In this document: in pieces, positions 1-10,500 of the stretch
Layout of the letters: every line of letters starts with the position of its first letter
How positions within the stretch are numbered: position 1 is the first letter of the stretch
Assembly (NCBI GenBank): GCA_025594325.1
Contig: JANHCV010000004.1
Span: 248,001 to 312,000, forward strand
DNA from: Blastocladiella emersonii ATCC 22665
Lineage: Eukaryota; Fungi; Blastocladiomycota
Direction: 5' to 3'
DNA: 64,000 bases
The notes under the pieces: generated by a model
Told to the model about the DNA's origin: nothing
Seen by the model: the letters and a program-made list of their open reading frames with translations, nothing else
Databases searched by the model: none
Position numbers and translations under genes: made by a program

Positions 1-1389
1 CCACCGGCTGCTTCGTCCTCGGGCCTCTCCAACGTGAAGCGCAGCGCAACCACCCGCGCCGGGTCCGGGTCCGGCTTCAGCTCGCGGGCCACCTCGCCCA
101 CCTCCGCAGGCCCCGACGCGAAACGGCGGCGGCGCGAGGCCCTACGCGCCGCGGATCCCGTCAGCGCGCAGTGGACGATCCACGTGCACGCGGACGTCGA
201 GAGCATCCTGGACTCGGCGGCCGCGAGCTTCCCGCTGGTCCGCACGTCGCGCGCGTCCGCGGCGGGGCTCGACCTCGAGTACGCGCAGGCCAAGTCGTCG
301 CGCGAGTTCCTGCGGTGGTCGGCGGTCCGCCGCAAGGCCGTCGAGTGGCTGCGCGCGCGGCACATGGCGCGCATGTGCGCCGAGCTGACGTTCGGGTCCG
401 ACTCGGCCGCGAAGCGCCTGCGCCGCGCGAACATGACGACCAAGCGGATCGTTGTGTGGTGCCGTGAACGCGGACATACGCCCGGGTACATGGCGCCGCC
501 GCCGGTGCCATTTGCGCCCTTGGCTACGGCGCCCAACGAGGTCGCGCCGCCCATCTGCTGCTCGCAGTGCGGCGCGGTCGCGGGCCACGGCCGCACCGGC
601 GCCGAGTGTCCCCACCCGGCCGCGCTGCAGGTCGCCGCCATGCTCCCGCCGTACGCGAGATCAACACCAACGTCTCGACCAAGCGCGGCACCCGGCAGCA
701 GCAGCAGCAGCAGTACCGACCTTACGGCGGTCCCGTTCGCGCACTACGACCCGCGGCTCGCGCAAACGGTCCAGTCGTGGATCTGGCCGCTCGCGCTACC
801 AACGTTCGACGCGGTGCTCAACCCAGAAGTCCTGTCTGCGGCGCGGCGCGGTCCCTCATCGTTTGGGCGGCCCGGCACCAGCCACAGCAGCGGCGGCGCG
901 AGCTGGGCAACCTCGTCGACGCGCGGCCCGACCTCGTTCGCCGCGTGGGCCGACGCGCAATCGCGGCCCGCGTCGGCGCCGCAAGAGTCCCGCGCAATGG
1001 TCCTGTCCGCAGATCTCGGCCCGCTGCGCTCGTCGTCGTCGCAGCGGCACGGGAGCACGGGGCTCGCGGCGCGGCAGTGGGACGGGACCGTGGACCGGCC
1101 GAGGGAGCGCGTGCTCGGGTTGCTGGGCGCGTGTGTCCGCGCGCTGGTCCAGCGGGTCGTCGACGGCGCGACGCAGGTGGCCGCGGCGCAGAAGGGCGGT
1201 GGTGGCGCAGCGCCGCAGGCTGCGGTAGGAGGGGCGTTCCTCGTCCCGGAACACGTCCTGGCCGCGGTCGCGCGCGACCCGATGCTCAACACCTGGCTCG
1301 CGCCGCTGACGACGGACGTGGTCGAGAAGGCGCGCGCCGAAGAGGAACCCATGGACACTGGCGTCGAGGGGCAGCAGGAGGACGGCTGA
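1..1389 (+). CDS. YEATS2-like chromatin protein, 3' part (frame is open from the window start)
   Basis: WSAVRRKAVEWLRA...TTKRIVVWCRERGHTP resembles, from memory, the YEATS2 C-terminal block (KRRAAEWQRA...HWCRCHGYTP). It also has a CxxCGxxxGHxRTxxxCP knuckle and a C-terminal LVPEHVLAAV motif. The YEATS domain itself would lie upstream of the window. Confidence 0.55.
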   Translation, partial: PPAASSSGLSNVKRSATTRAGSGSGFSSRATSPTSAGPDAKRRRREALRAADPVSAQWTIHVHADVESILDSAAASFPLVRTSRASAAGLDLEYAQAKSSREFLRWSAVRRKAVEWLRARHMARMCAELTFGSDSAAKRLRRANMTTKRIVVWCRERGHTPGYMAPPPVPFAPLATAPNEVAPPICCSQCGAVAGHGRTGAECPHPAALQVAAMLPPYARSTPTSRPSAAPGSSSSSSTDLTAVPFAHYDPRLAQTVQSWIWPLALPTFDAVLNPEVLSAARRGPSSFGRPGTSHSSGGASWATSSTRGPTSFAAWADAQSRPASAPQESRAMVLSADLGPLRSSSSQRHGSTGLAARQWDGTVDRPRERVLGLLGACVRALVQRVVDGATQVAAAQKGGGGAAPQAAVGGAFLVPEHVLAAVARDPMLNTWLAPLTTDVVEKARAEEEPMDTGVEGQQEDG

Positions 1390-1555
1390 GCAAGCGAGTG
1401 ATATATATCCCAACCCGTTGCACTTGCACACTGTTGATCGAGTACGGCGAAGCATGAGGTGATGGTGGCAAGCAGGCAGGCGCGCGAGGGCGGCCGAGAT
1501 GCATGTATTGAGGTCGAGGGAGGGGCAGGACGACAACAACTCACAAGCGAGCAAT

Positions 1556-2204
1556 TTACTTGTTGAGGATGACACCGTCGTACTTCTTCTTGAACCACTC
1601 CATGGTCTCGGACTTGGAGATGCGGTGCTGGCAGCCGACCTTGGCGACGGCGCGCTTGCGGCGGGACACGCGGAAGCCGGCGCGGCCCATGACGCAGTAG
1701 AAGTCCATACCGTAGATACCGATCGACGGGTCGTACTTGATGTCGAGGTCGATGTGCTCGGTGATACCGAAACCGAAGTGGCCGGTCTGCGAGAAGTTGA
1801 CGGCGCGGAGCTCGTACTCTTTGACCTTGAGGCCGCGCTCGAGGATCTCCTCGGCCTTGGCGCCACGGACCGTGACGTGGACGGCGATCTTCTCGTTACG
1901 GCGGATACCGAACGAGCGCACGGTGTACTTGGCCTTGGAGTAGACGGGGGTCTGGCCGGTGAGCTGCTCGAGCACCTTGGCGGCACGGGTGAGCTTATCG
2001 CCCGACTCGCCAACACAGATGTTGAGGACGAGCTTCTCGAGCTTGAGCTCGCGCATGGGGTTCTGCTTCTTGTCTGCGCTCTGCATTTGGGGGGAACGGG
2101 CGCAAGTTCATGGGCAAAACGGTCAGTTTTCCAGCCGGGTTGGGCGTTTGAGCGGCAGTTCCGAACCCCACATGCAAATCGACGACGACGAAGCGAACAG
2201 CCAT
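1556..2204 (-). CDS. RPL11: 60S ribosomal protein L11 (uL5); 2 exons, intron 2081-2198
   Basis: [34 protein letters not shown]...[22 protein letters not shown]|GTTCGC...CTGAC...TGCAG|AGC gives MASADKK. Confidence 0.98.
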
Positions 2205-2931
2205 GTGAGTAGATCAGTCACGGACGGACAGACGGCCCGGGGCGGCACGTCGGGCACGCGCGCAGAGTCACAGCGCGGCGTGTTTGCGGGTTTCGCGGGC
2301 AGAGTGCCACCGCCACCACGATACGGCGTGCTTGCGTCGGGCAGCGTCGTGGAGCGACGTAGGTGCGACCGGCCGTTCGTGGCGACGGCGTGACGAGACT
2401 TCCCCCGCCAAAACAAAGGGGCAGCGTGCCGCGTGGCGGTGCCGCGGGCGGGGTGGTCACGACCATCCATCGCGCGGCGTTTCGTCACGCCCGCGTTACG
2501 TGCGGTCGGCGTTTCGCGACAAACGGCGAGCGTGCCGCGCGCGCAGAGGTTCATGGCAAAATCGAGTTCATGGCTTTCGGTTCGTCGGCGTAGGCGTAGG
2601 CGTAGGCGTCGTCGTCGCCGTCGAGTGCATGTATGGGCGGAGGTGGTGCGGGGCGTCGCAGGCGCGCACACAAACCATTTTGGGGTGGTTCCTCTTGAGA
2701 TAAGCAGGGAGAGGGACTACTCCAATGTCGCCGTGGACGCTGTGAGCACCGGCGGGGGAGCGGCGGCGGCGGCGGCGCAGCGGGGCGGGAGGACGGCGGG
2801 TGGACGACCTGCGCCACACGGAGAAGTCGCACGTGACTGATACTCGCCGATCGCTTCTTCCCTGCCGGCCTCGTCCACCCGCAGTCCAGCCCAAGCCTGA
2901 ACGCTAGACCAGCCTGCAACGTATCAGCACC

Positions 2932-4443
2932 ATGGGCAAGCGGCAGAAAAAGGACCGCGTCGACCCGTACTTCCAGCTGTACGCGCCCGTCGCGACGTAC
3001 GAGCCGGCCGCGGCCGACGGCGCCGAGCCCGTGCTCGTCGGGTACACGCAGGAGGTGGTGTTTGCGCGGTCCATCTTCGACGGGTGCCTGGAGCGGTGGG
3101 TGACGTCGCCCGACACAATCGGCCACCTGTACGCGCCGTACCGCACCTTTGAGCTGGTCGAGGACGGGTCGGTCCCCGCAACGACGCCAGAGTCCCCCGC
3201 CGTGCGCACCGTGGTCCGCCGACTCCTGCCCAAGGGCGAGCAGCAGCGCCCGACCACGGAGCGCGTCACGGTCGTCACGGACGCGGCTCGCGGCGTGTCG
3301 TCCTTCACCTTCGAGCCCGTCCTCGACGCCGACGCTGAGGGCGCGCCCGACCGCGCCTACTTCCAGGTCGAGCGCTTCTCGTTCACGTACGAGCCGCTCG
3401 AGGGGACTGCCGCTGCGGCTGTGGCTGGTCCCACCGAGGAGTCGGCGGCGACGGAGCCCGCCCGCGCTGTGGCGGCCGGCACCGTGCTGACGCCGATCGC
3501 GCGCATCGTGTTCCGGTGGGTCCCGCTGTCGCCGTCGGCTGCCGCTGCGGCTGCAGCCCGCGGCAACGAGCCGACCAAGCAGGCCGTGTTCGACCAGCTG
3601 ATGCAAAAGTGCTTCAAGTGGTGCACGCACGACTTGCTGGGCGGGTACACGCCCGTGGCGAAAGACGTGCTCGTGCAACGGTCCGCGTTCTCGGAGCTGT
3701 ACGCTGGGCTCAAGAAGAAGTACGCGTACCTCGTTACGACATGGACCGAGAAGACGGACCCCAAGAAGTTCGTCTACGAGGACCTGGCGCTCGTCGCGTA
3801 CCTGACGTCCATGTGGCTCGCGGCCGACCCGAACGCGCGCGACCACGTCGTGTTTGCGGACCTCGGGTGCGGCAACGGCCTGCTGACGTACCTGCTGCAC
3901 AAGGAGGGTTTCCGCGGCTACGGCGTCGACCTGCGCGCGCGCAAGATCTGGCCGCGGTGGCTCGCCGAGGGCGCGCGGCTCGTCGAGACGACGCTGCAGC
4001 TGACCGAGTACGCGCTGCCGTGCGACGTGACGTGGATCCTCGGCAACCACGCCGACGAGGTGTGTCCGTGGATCCCCGAGATCGCGCTGCGCCCGCGCAC
4101 TGCGCCAGCGACGCTCGAGCTGGCCGAGGGCGCCGTGGACCCGCGCGAGGGCACCGTGGTCGCGCCCAAGCTGTTCATCCTGCCGTGCTGCTTCTACAAC
4201 AAGGAGGGCCAGCTGTTCCCGCCGCCGGCGTCGTCGTTCCCCGTGCCGCAGCACCTCGCCAACGCCGGGTCGCGGTACAAGCGGTACCTGCAGTACATTG
4301 GCGAGCAGTGCGACGCGGCCGGGTTCGACGTGGTCTACGACGCCCTGCGCATCCCGTCGACCAAGAACCAGGCCCTCGTGTGCACGTTCCGCGGGGATGT
4401 GGCCAGCGAGGCGGCGACGACGACGACTACTACTTCTACTTAG
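2932..4443 (+). CDS. TRM44: tRNA (uracil-O2'-)-methyltransferase Trm44
   Basis: KFVYEDLALVAYL, FADLGCGNGLLTYLL, GYGVDLRARKIW, GNHADE, LPCC and IPSTKN motifs are typical of TRM44/TRMT44. Confidence 0.9.
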   Translation: MGKRQKKDRVDPYFQLYAPVATYEPAAADGAEPVLVGYTQEVVFARSIFDGCLERWVTSPDTIGHLYAPYRTFELVEDGSVPATTPESPAVRTVVRRLLPKGEQQRPTTERVTVVTDAARGVSSFTFEPVLDADAEGAPDRAYFQVERFSFTYEPLEGTAAAAVAGPTEESAATEPARAVAAGTVLTPIARIVFRWVPLSPSAAAAAAARGNEPTKQAVFDQLMQKCFKWCTHDLLGGYTPVAKDVLVQRSAFSELYAGLKKKYAYLVTTWTEKTDPKKFVYEDLALVAYLTSMWLAADPNARDHVVFADLGCGNGLLTYLLHKEGFRGYGVDLRARKIWPRWLAEGARLVETTLQLTEYALPCDVTWILGNHADEVCPWIPEIALRPRTAPATLELAEGAVDPREGTVVAPKLFILPCCFYNKEGQLFPPPASSFPVPQHLANAGSRYKRYLQYIGEQCDAAGFDVVYDALRIPSTKNQALVCTFRGDVASEAATTTTTTST

Positions 4444-4492
4444 GCTATACAATACAACACGCTAGTTTCATTTCATACACTGCGGTGCCTTC

Positions 4493-5961
4493 TCACGAGG
4501 TGCTCGATCCGCCGGGCGGCGTGTACAGGCACGAGTGCTCGGGGACAAACGGCGCGGCGCCCGCGACGGCCGGCTGGTACGTGTACGAGTAGGTCTGCTC
4601 GTGCAGGAGCCATCGGCCTCGCCGGCGTCCGTCGCGGCGGGCGAGCCAGGCGTGGGACTCGTCGCCGAGGCGGGCGAGGACCTCGGACACCTCGGCGTCG
4701 CGCGGCGCGCACGCGGGCGGCCCGCTGACGGCGACCTCGGCGACGAGCGTGTAGCTGCGCATGGCGTTGACGGTGCCGCGGAGCCAGCCGGTCAGCACGT
4801 CGCCGGCGTTGACGGCGAGCGGTTCCGAGAAGAGGAAGCGGATCTGCTGCCAGTGCGTGTTGGGTGCAGACGGCGCCGTGGACAGGGTGAGGGCGTCGCC
4901 AAACGCGAGATCGAACCAGCCCGCGATGCCGTGTACGAGGCCCGTGTACTTTGCAGTCCACGAGAAGGGCATGACGACGTCGTACAGGTCGGACACGGGC
5001 ATGGTGGCAAAGTCCATGACGGTGGGCGCGGCCGGGTCGGCGACGAGCGAGTTGGGGTCAAAGTGGCCGACGACGGGCAGCGAAAAGTACTCTGCGCGGG
5101 CCTCGGTGAAGAGCCCCGACAGGTCAACGCCGTAAAAGTCGGGCGAGTCCCAGAACCGCGCCTTGGTCATGGTCTCCGTGTACAGGCTATCCGGGGCAGC
5201 GCGGGTGTCAGTACACTCGCGATGGTGCGGGCGTGGGGCACACACACGTACAAGGCGTCGGTAAAGGGCGCGAGGAAGATGCTCCCGGCCGAGGGCAGAA
5301 TGGTGCCGCCCGGCTTGAGATACGTGTCGCGCGCGTACAGAAACGACTCGAGCATGCGCTCTGAACGGACGCGGGTCAGGACGCGTCGGCGATGCCGCTC
5401 GACCATAGCGCGTACCGTGGAAGAGGAGTACACCGATCGGCTCGGAGATGAGAACGTCGACCTTGGGAATGTTTTGCGTGATCTGTTCGACCTTGGCTAT
5501 CCTCTCTCATGTATTAGCGCAGCTCGAGGCTCAGTCGCGGCGGACGTACACTGGACGACGGTGATCTTGCCCGCGAGGTACGCGTTGCGCCCGCCGGGCC
5601 GCTCAGCGTCGGCGACCAGCTGGCGGATGCGGCGAGCGACGTTGGATGCCTCGACCGAGTAGACGTGGCGGGCGCCGGCCTGCACGGCAAAGTAGGACAG
5701 GATGCCGGACCCGGCGCCGACGTCCATGACGAGGGCGTCGCGGAAGGCCGGCGAGTGGTGCATCATGGCTGTCTGGTACGCCGTGGTGCGGGCCTGGTCG
5801 ATGAGCATGTTCTGCTGGTGCGTCAGCAGCGCATAGTAGCCGAAGTACATGGGGTCGCGCGCGTCGACGCCCGGCTGCGGCGTCGTGCCGTCGTCGTCCT
5901 GCTCGCGCGCTGACTTGGGCCGCTTTGCGGGCGCTTCGCTCATCTTGACGTCGTGATCCAT
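4493..5961 (-). CDS. CARM1: Protein arginine methyltransferase, CARM1/PRMT4 type; 3 introns
   Basis: YFGYYALLTHQQNML, DVGAGSGILSYFAVQAGA, spliced VDVLISEPIGVLLFHERMLES, and THWQQ. The QQNM and ERMLES context is CARM1-like. Confidence 0.85.
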
Positions 5962-6131
5962 GGCAGTGTGTATGGCGGCAGGGGAGAGGGGAGGAGAGAG
6001 CGAAGGCGCGCGGCGTTCACGTCGAAGTCGGCCGACCGCACGGCGTTCGCGCTCTCTCACCGACCCTTCTCTGCCATGCATCTCGCCCGCTGAGCGCGCC
6101 GAACCTGTCGCAGCCCTTCTATCCTCGAACG

Positions 6132-7525
6132 ATGGCGAGCCTGTGGTCCGCCAAAGCCCGCAGCGCGAGCGCGTACCTGCTGCCGCAGTCGTCGGCGTCA
6201 ACGGCGTCGTCGTCGCAGCCCGCGCCGCTCACCGCGCACCAGCCGGGGAGCCCGGCTTCAACGAGCGCGGGTTCCATTGCGCCGACCACGAGCGGGTCCT
6301 CGCCGATGCTCGCGCCGCCGCCATCGAGCTCGGGCGGGGCGCCCGTGCTGACGTCGCCGGGCGTCGTGGGCGCCAACGGGAACAACCTGACCGCGGTGAT
6401 TGCGCCGTTCCTGAGCCAGCACCGCGGGTCCGCGAGCAGCGGCGGGCCCGGGTCGCCCGGCGGGCCGTCGGCCCCGAGCGCGGCGGCCCCGCGGTCCCCG
6501 TCTTTTTCCCAGCAGCACCTGTTCGAGAGCCCCGGCGACGGCGTCGGCGACCAGACGTGGGACGCCATCGAGTCGCGCGTGCTGCCGCTGTTTGTCGGCG
6601 ACGGGCTCAACAGTACCATCGAGGAGCTGAACGTGCTGCTGAGGTGCGTTCCACGGCGCCGCGATGCGTCCTGCGCACAGCTAACCCGCGCTGGGTGAAC
6701 ACGTAGCCGGTACCTGTCGCAGCAGCTGTACGGGACCATCCTCGAGGAGCTCAAGGACCTGCTGCGCGACGGCGTACAGCGCATGATGGGCAAGTTCCTG
6801 ACCAACGTCGAGTTTGACGCGCCGGCCGCCGCGACCGGCGCTGTGCCCGCGAGCCAGTCGCTGTACCTGCTGCGGTGGACCGAGATCTGGGTCTTCTACT
6901 TCTCGGTCGTCCTGCCCTACCTGCAGTCCGTGTTCCTGCCGCTGCAGGCCGAGATCAAGGCCTCGCGCCTCGTCAACTCGGTCCGCACCTTTGTCCTGCT
7001 CTCGTTCCGCGACCGCGCCGTGGTACCGCACCTCGAGGACCTGCAGCGTACGTTCTATCACTCGCGCCGCGCGGCCTGTTCTCCTACTAACTAACGATCG
7101 TTCACATAGTGCTCGTGCAGTGCCTCGACGCCGAATTCGCGTCCGTCGGGTACCCCTCCTCGCCCCCAATCCCCGCGGTCCCGCTGCCCACGAGCCCGAA
7201 CCCAGCACGCACGCACCCGCGCACCGCAGCACTGCCCGTGCCCGACCCGCTCGGTACCTCGGCGCGGTCGACGGCCGCCGCCGAGTCCAAGGCCGCGATC
7301 CTGCTGCAGATGTTCCTGGTGCTCGGCGACCTGCCGCAGTCGCAGGTCGCGGGCGCCGCGGCGACGGGCGCGGGGACGGGCGACGACGCGCGCGTCCGCG
7401 CGACGCTGCTCGCGGTCCGCGGCGAGCTCAAGGAGACGGTCGCCCGGCTGCGCGCTGCGCGTGAGGGCGCGGGGGCGACTGCTGCAGCGGCGGCGGCAAC
7501 CGGCGCGGCGGCGCACGCGGGATGA
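6132..7525 (+). CDS. HbrB-domain protein (Bit61/PRR5-like, TORC2-associated); introns 6644-6706 and 7048-7109
   Basis: WDAIESRVLPLFVGDGLNSTIEELN, WTEIWVFYFSVVLPYLQSVFLPLQ and FVLLSFRD. The introns keep the frame. Confidence 0.75.
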
Positions 7526-7583
7526 GAAGAGATGGTGGCTGGACACATAAATTTACATTGGGCCGTGTATTACGAGAAGGCTA

Positions 7584-10500
7584 CTAGTAGTGGGTTGCCG
7601 CTGCCACATGGCTCTCGGCGGGCGTCGCGGTCCCGCTCCCCGTGCCGGTCGGTGGGGTCCGCTTGCCCGACGAGAGCTGTTGCTGCTGCGGCGGCATCCC
7701 CGGCGAGCGGAACGACTGCTGGCTTGGCGGCGCGCCGTGACCATGACCGTGGCCGTGGTGCGGGTACCCGCCGTCGCCGTTACCGTTTGCGTAGTACTTG
7801 TGGTGGTGGTGCGCGTGCGCGGGATACGCCCCGCCATACGCGAGGTACCCATTCGCCGCTGGCGGCGCTGGTCCACTGGGCGGCGTGACGGCGGCCGGAG
7901 ACACGGGCGACGCGGCGTCGGGCGGTGGGGGCGCGGTTCCGGCCGCGGGTGGCGGCGGTGGTGGATGGGCGCCGGAATACTGGTGCTGCTGCTGCGGAGG
8001 GTAGCGCGGGTGGTCGTAGTACCCGCCCGCGGGCGGCGCGGGCGCGTGTGCGTGAGTGGGATACCCGCCGCCGTACCCGCCGTGGTGCGGGGGCGGGGGA
8101 GGGTACCGGGGACCAGCCGGCGGCGGCGGCGGCGGTGGTGGCGGGTACCCTGCGCCGTGCGGGGACTGCAGCGGCGCGTACCCATCTCCACCGGCAGTTT
8201 CGGAGGGCGGCGGCAGAGGCGGCGCGTAGTACCCGTTGTGCGCGTGGTGCGGGTGGTACGCCGCCGGCGCGTCGTAGTCGTAGTACGCCGGGTGGCCGCG
8301 GTGGTACGCGTGCGGCGGTGGCGGGTAGGATGCCGGCGGCGGCTGCGCGTGGTGCGGGTGGTGGTGGTACGGCGGGTACGCAGACGCCGGCGCGGGGCCC
8401 TGGTACTGCGTGTGGTGGTACGACGGCTGAGCGCGCGGCATCGGCTGCTGCTGCTGCTGCTGCGGGTGCGCCGGCGGGTAGCCGTGCGAGTACGCGTGGC
8501 CGCCGCGCGGGTCAGCACCATCGTCCTCGCCCGGATGCGCCAACGGCGGCGGCGGTGGCGCGTGCGCGTGTCCGTTGACGTGCCGCGGCGCGTGCGGGTG
8601 CTGGGGCGGGATCGGGCGCGGCGACAGGCCGCGAAGCATCGCGCCGACGTCACGGACGGGCTCCCACGACTTTTCGGGCTGCATGCGCGCGTCGCCTGCG
8701 TGAGATTGCGGCTGCGAGTGGTGGTGCTGCTGCGGCTCGGGCGCGTCCGCGTCCATGTCGTTGTCGAGTGGCGCCAGCTCGCCCGAGGCAGCTGCGGCAG
8801 CGGCACGGGCGCGGGACGCGGCGACGTGCGCGGCGGTTTCGATGCCGTTCGAGTGCCGTGCGGGGACGGGCTCCATGGACGAGCCCGCCGAGGCGGACGA
8901 GTGCTCGTGGATCGGCTCGTAGCGGCGGCGGTCGACGGCGGCGACCGACTCGGTCGTCTGCGTGTGGGTCCACGCACTCTGTGACGTCGTCGCCAGCGAG
9001 CGCGCGGGCAAGTTGGCGCGGACCGCGGCGACGAGATCGGCGGCCTCCTTGCGGCGTTCGAGGTCCTGGCGGTTGTCGTGTGCGAGGAGCTGGATCTGCG
9101 TGGCCCGCGCCGCGGCCTCGCTGACGGCCTTGCGCCAATCGGCGCCGAACTGCGCGGTGAGCACGGCCACGTCCTGCTCGTGGCGGGCCGCGGCCTCGGG
9201 CGTCGCGTCCTTGCGGAGATCCTTCAGGACGCCGCGGGCGTAGCGCAGGCACTCGTAGTGGTTGACGAGGTGGTCGTGCAGCGTGCCAGAGGTGAAAGCC
9301 GGGTAGGCGCAGTCGGGCGCGGGGCACTTGACGGCAGGCGGGTCGGGCGACGGCGGCCGGGCAGCGGGCTCCGGGATGGCCATCGAGTTGTTCATGAGCG
9401 CGGCGAGCAGGACGTGGCCGACGTGGTCGTCGCTGGAAGCCGAAGCGGGCGCGGGCTCGGTAGCGGGAGCGGGCCGGGCAGCGGACGGCGCGGCAGACGA
9501 GGTCGCGGGAGCGGGCCGGGCAGCGGACGGCGCGGCAGACGAGGTCGCGGCCGGGACCTGCGGCGGCAGTTGCTCCGACGGCTCCTTCTTGACCTGCGCC
9601 TGCGCCTGCACCTGCTCCACCTTCACCCGCGCCTGCTCGTCCTTGATCCGCGCCGCGAGCTGGGGCGGCATGACGCGGGCGAGGTGGAACGGGATAAAGT
9701 ACCCGTCCGGCCGCACGACGGCCTCGGGGTGGATCCACGCCGGGCGCTCCACGGGCGGCGCGCCCGTGGCGGCGGCGGGGCGCGGCGCCATACGGCCCGA
9801 CGGCAGGACCGCGGGCGCGCTCGACGTGGCCGAGGGCACGCGCAGCTGGATGCCCGGAATGACCGGGAGCGGTGGCGGCGCCGTGACGAACGGCGTGACG
9901 AGCGGACTCGCGCCGGTGGCGGCGGATTCCTGGCTGCTGCGGCCGCCGAGGACGGACGGGGCCTTGGACGACGCGGCCGACGCGGCCAGCGACTGGCCGG
10001 GGAGACCGAGGATGCCGCCGTTCGCGAGCGACGGTAACCCGAGCGCGGGCGGCGGGGACGCGAACTGCGGGGCTGCGGCGGCCGCAGCGGCGGCGTTCGC
10101 GGCGATGGCGACGACAGCCGATTTGGCGGCGGCGCTGGATAGGGCCGACGCGTCGGGCGAGGTGGAGGCAGCAGCGCCGGCCGCCGAGACGTTCGGGCTG
10201 GCGGCGGCCGAGGACGCGGCGCTCAGCGGCGCAAAGGCGACGCGGAACGGGCGGGAGGAGGACAGGGCGGCGATCGACACGTTCGACGCCGTTGCCGGGA
10301 ACGACGCGGTCGCGTTGGACGAGGTCGGCGTGGGGAGCACGCCGCCGGCGGCCGCCGCAGCGGTAGCAGGTGCCGGCGCGGGTGCGCTCGGTACCGCGCC
10401 GGAGCCGGAGCCGGAGCTGGAGCCGGCGCTCGAGTAGGTGGTGGTCTCAGCGAGGAGGCGCCTGCCCTCGTCGAGGAGCGGGACGATGAGCTCGGTCCAG

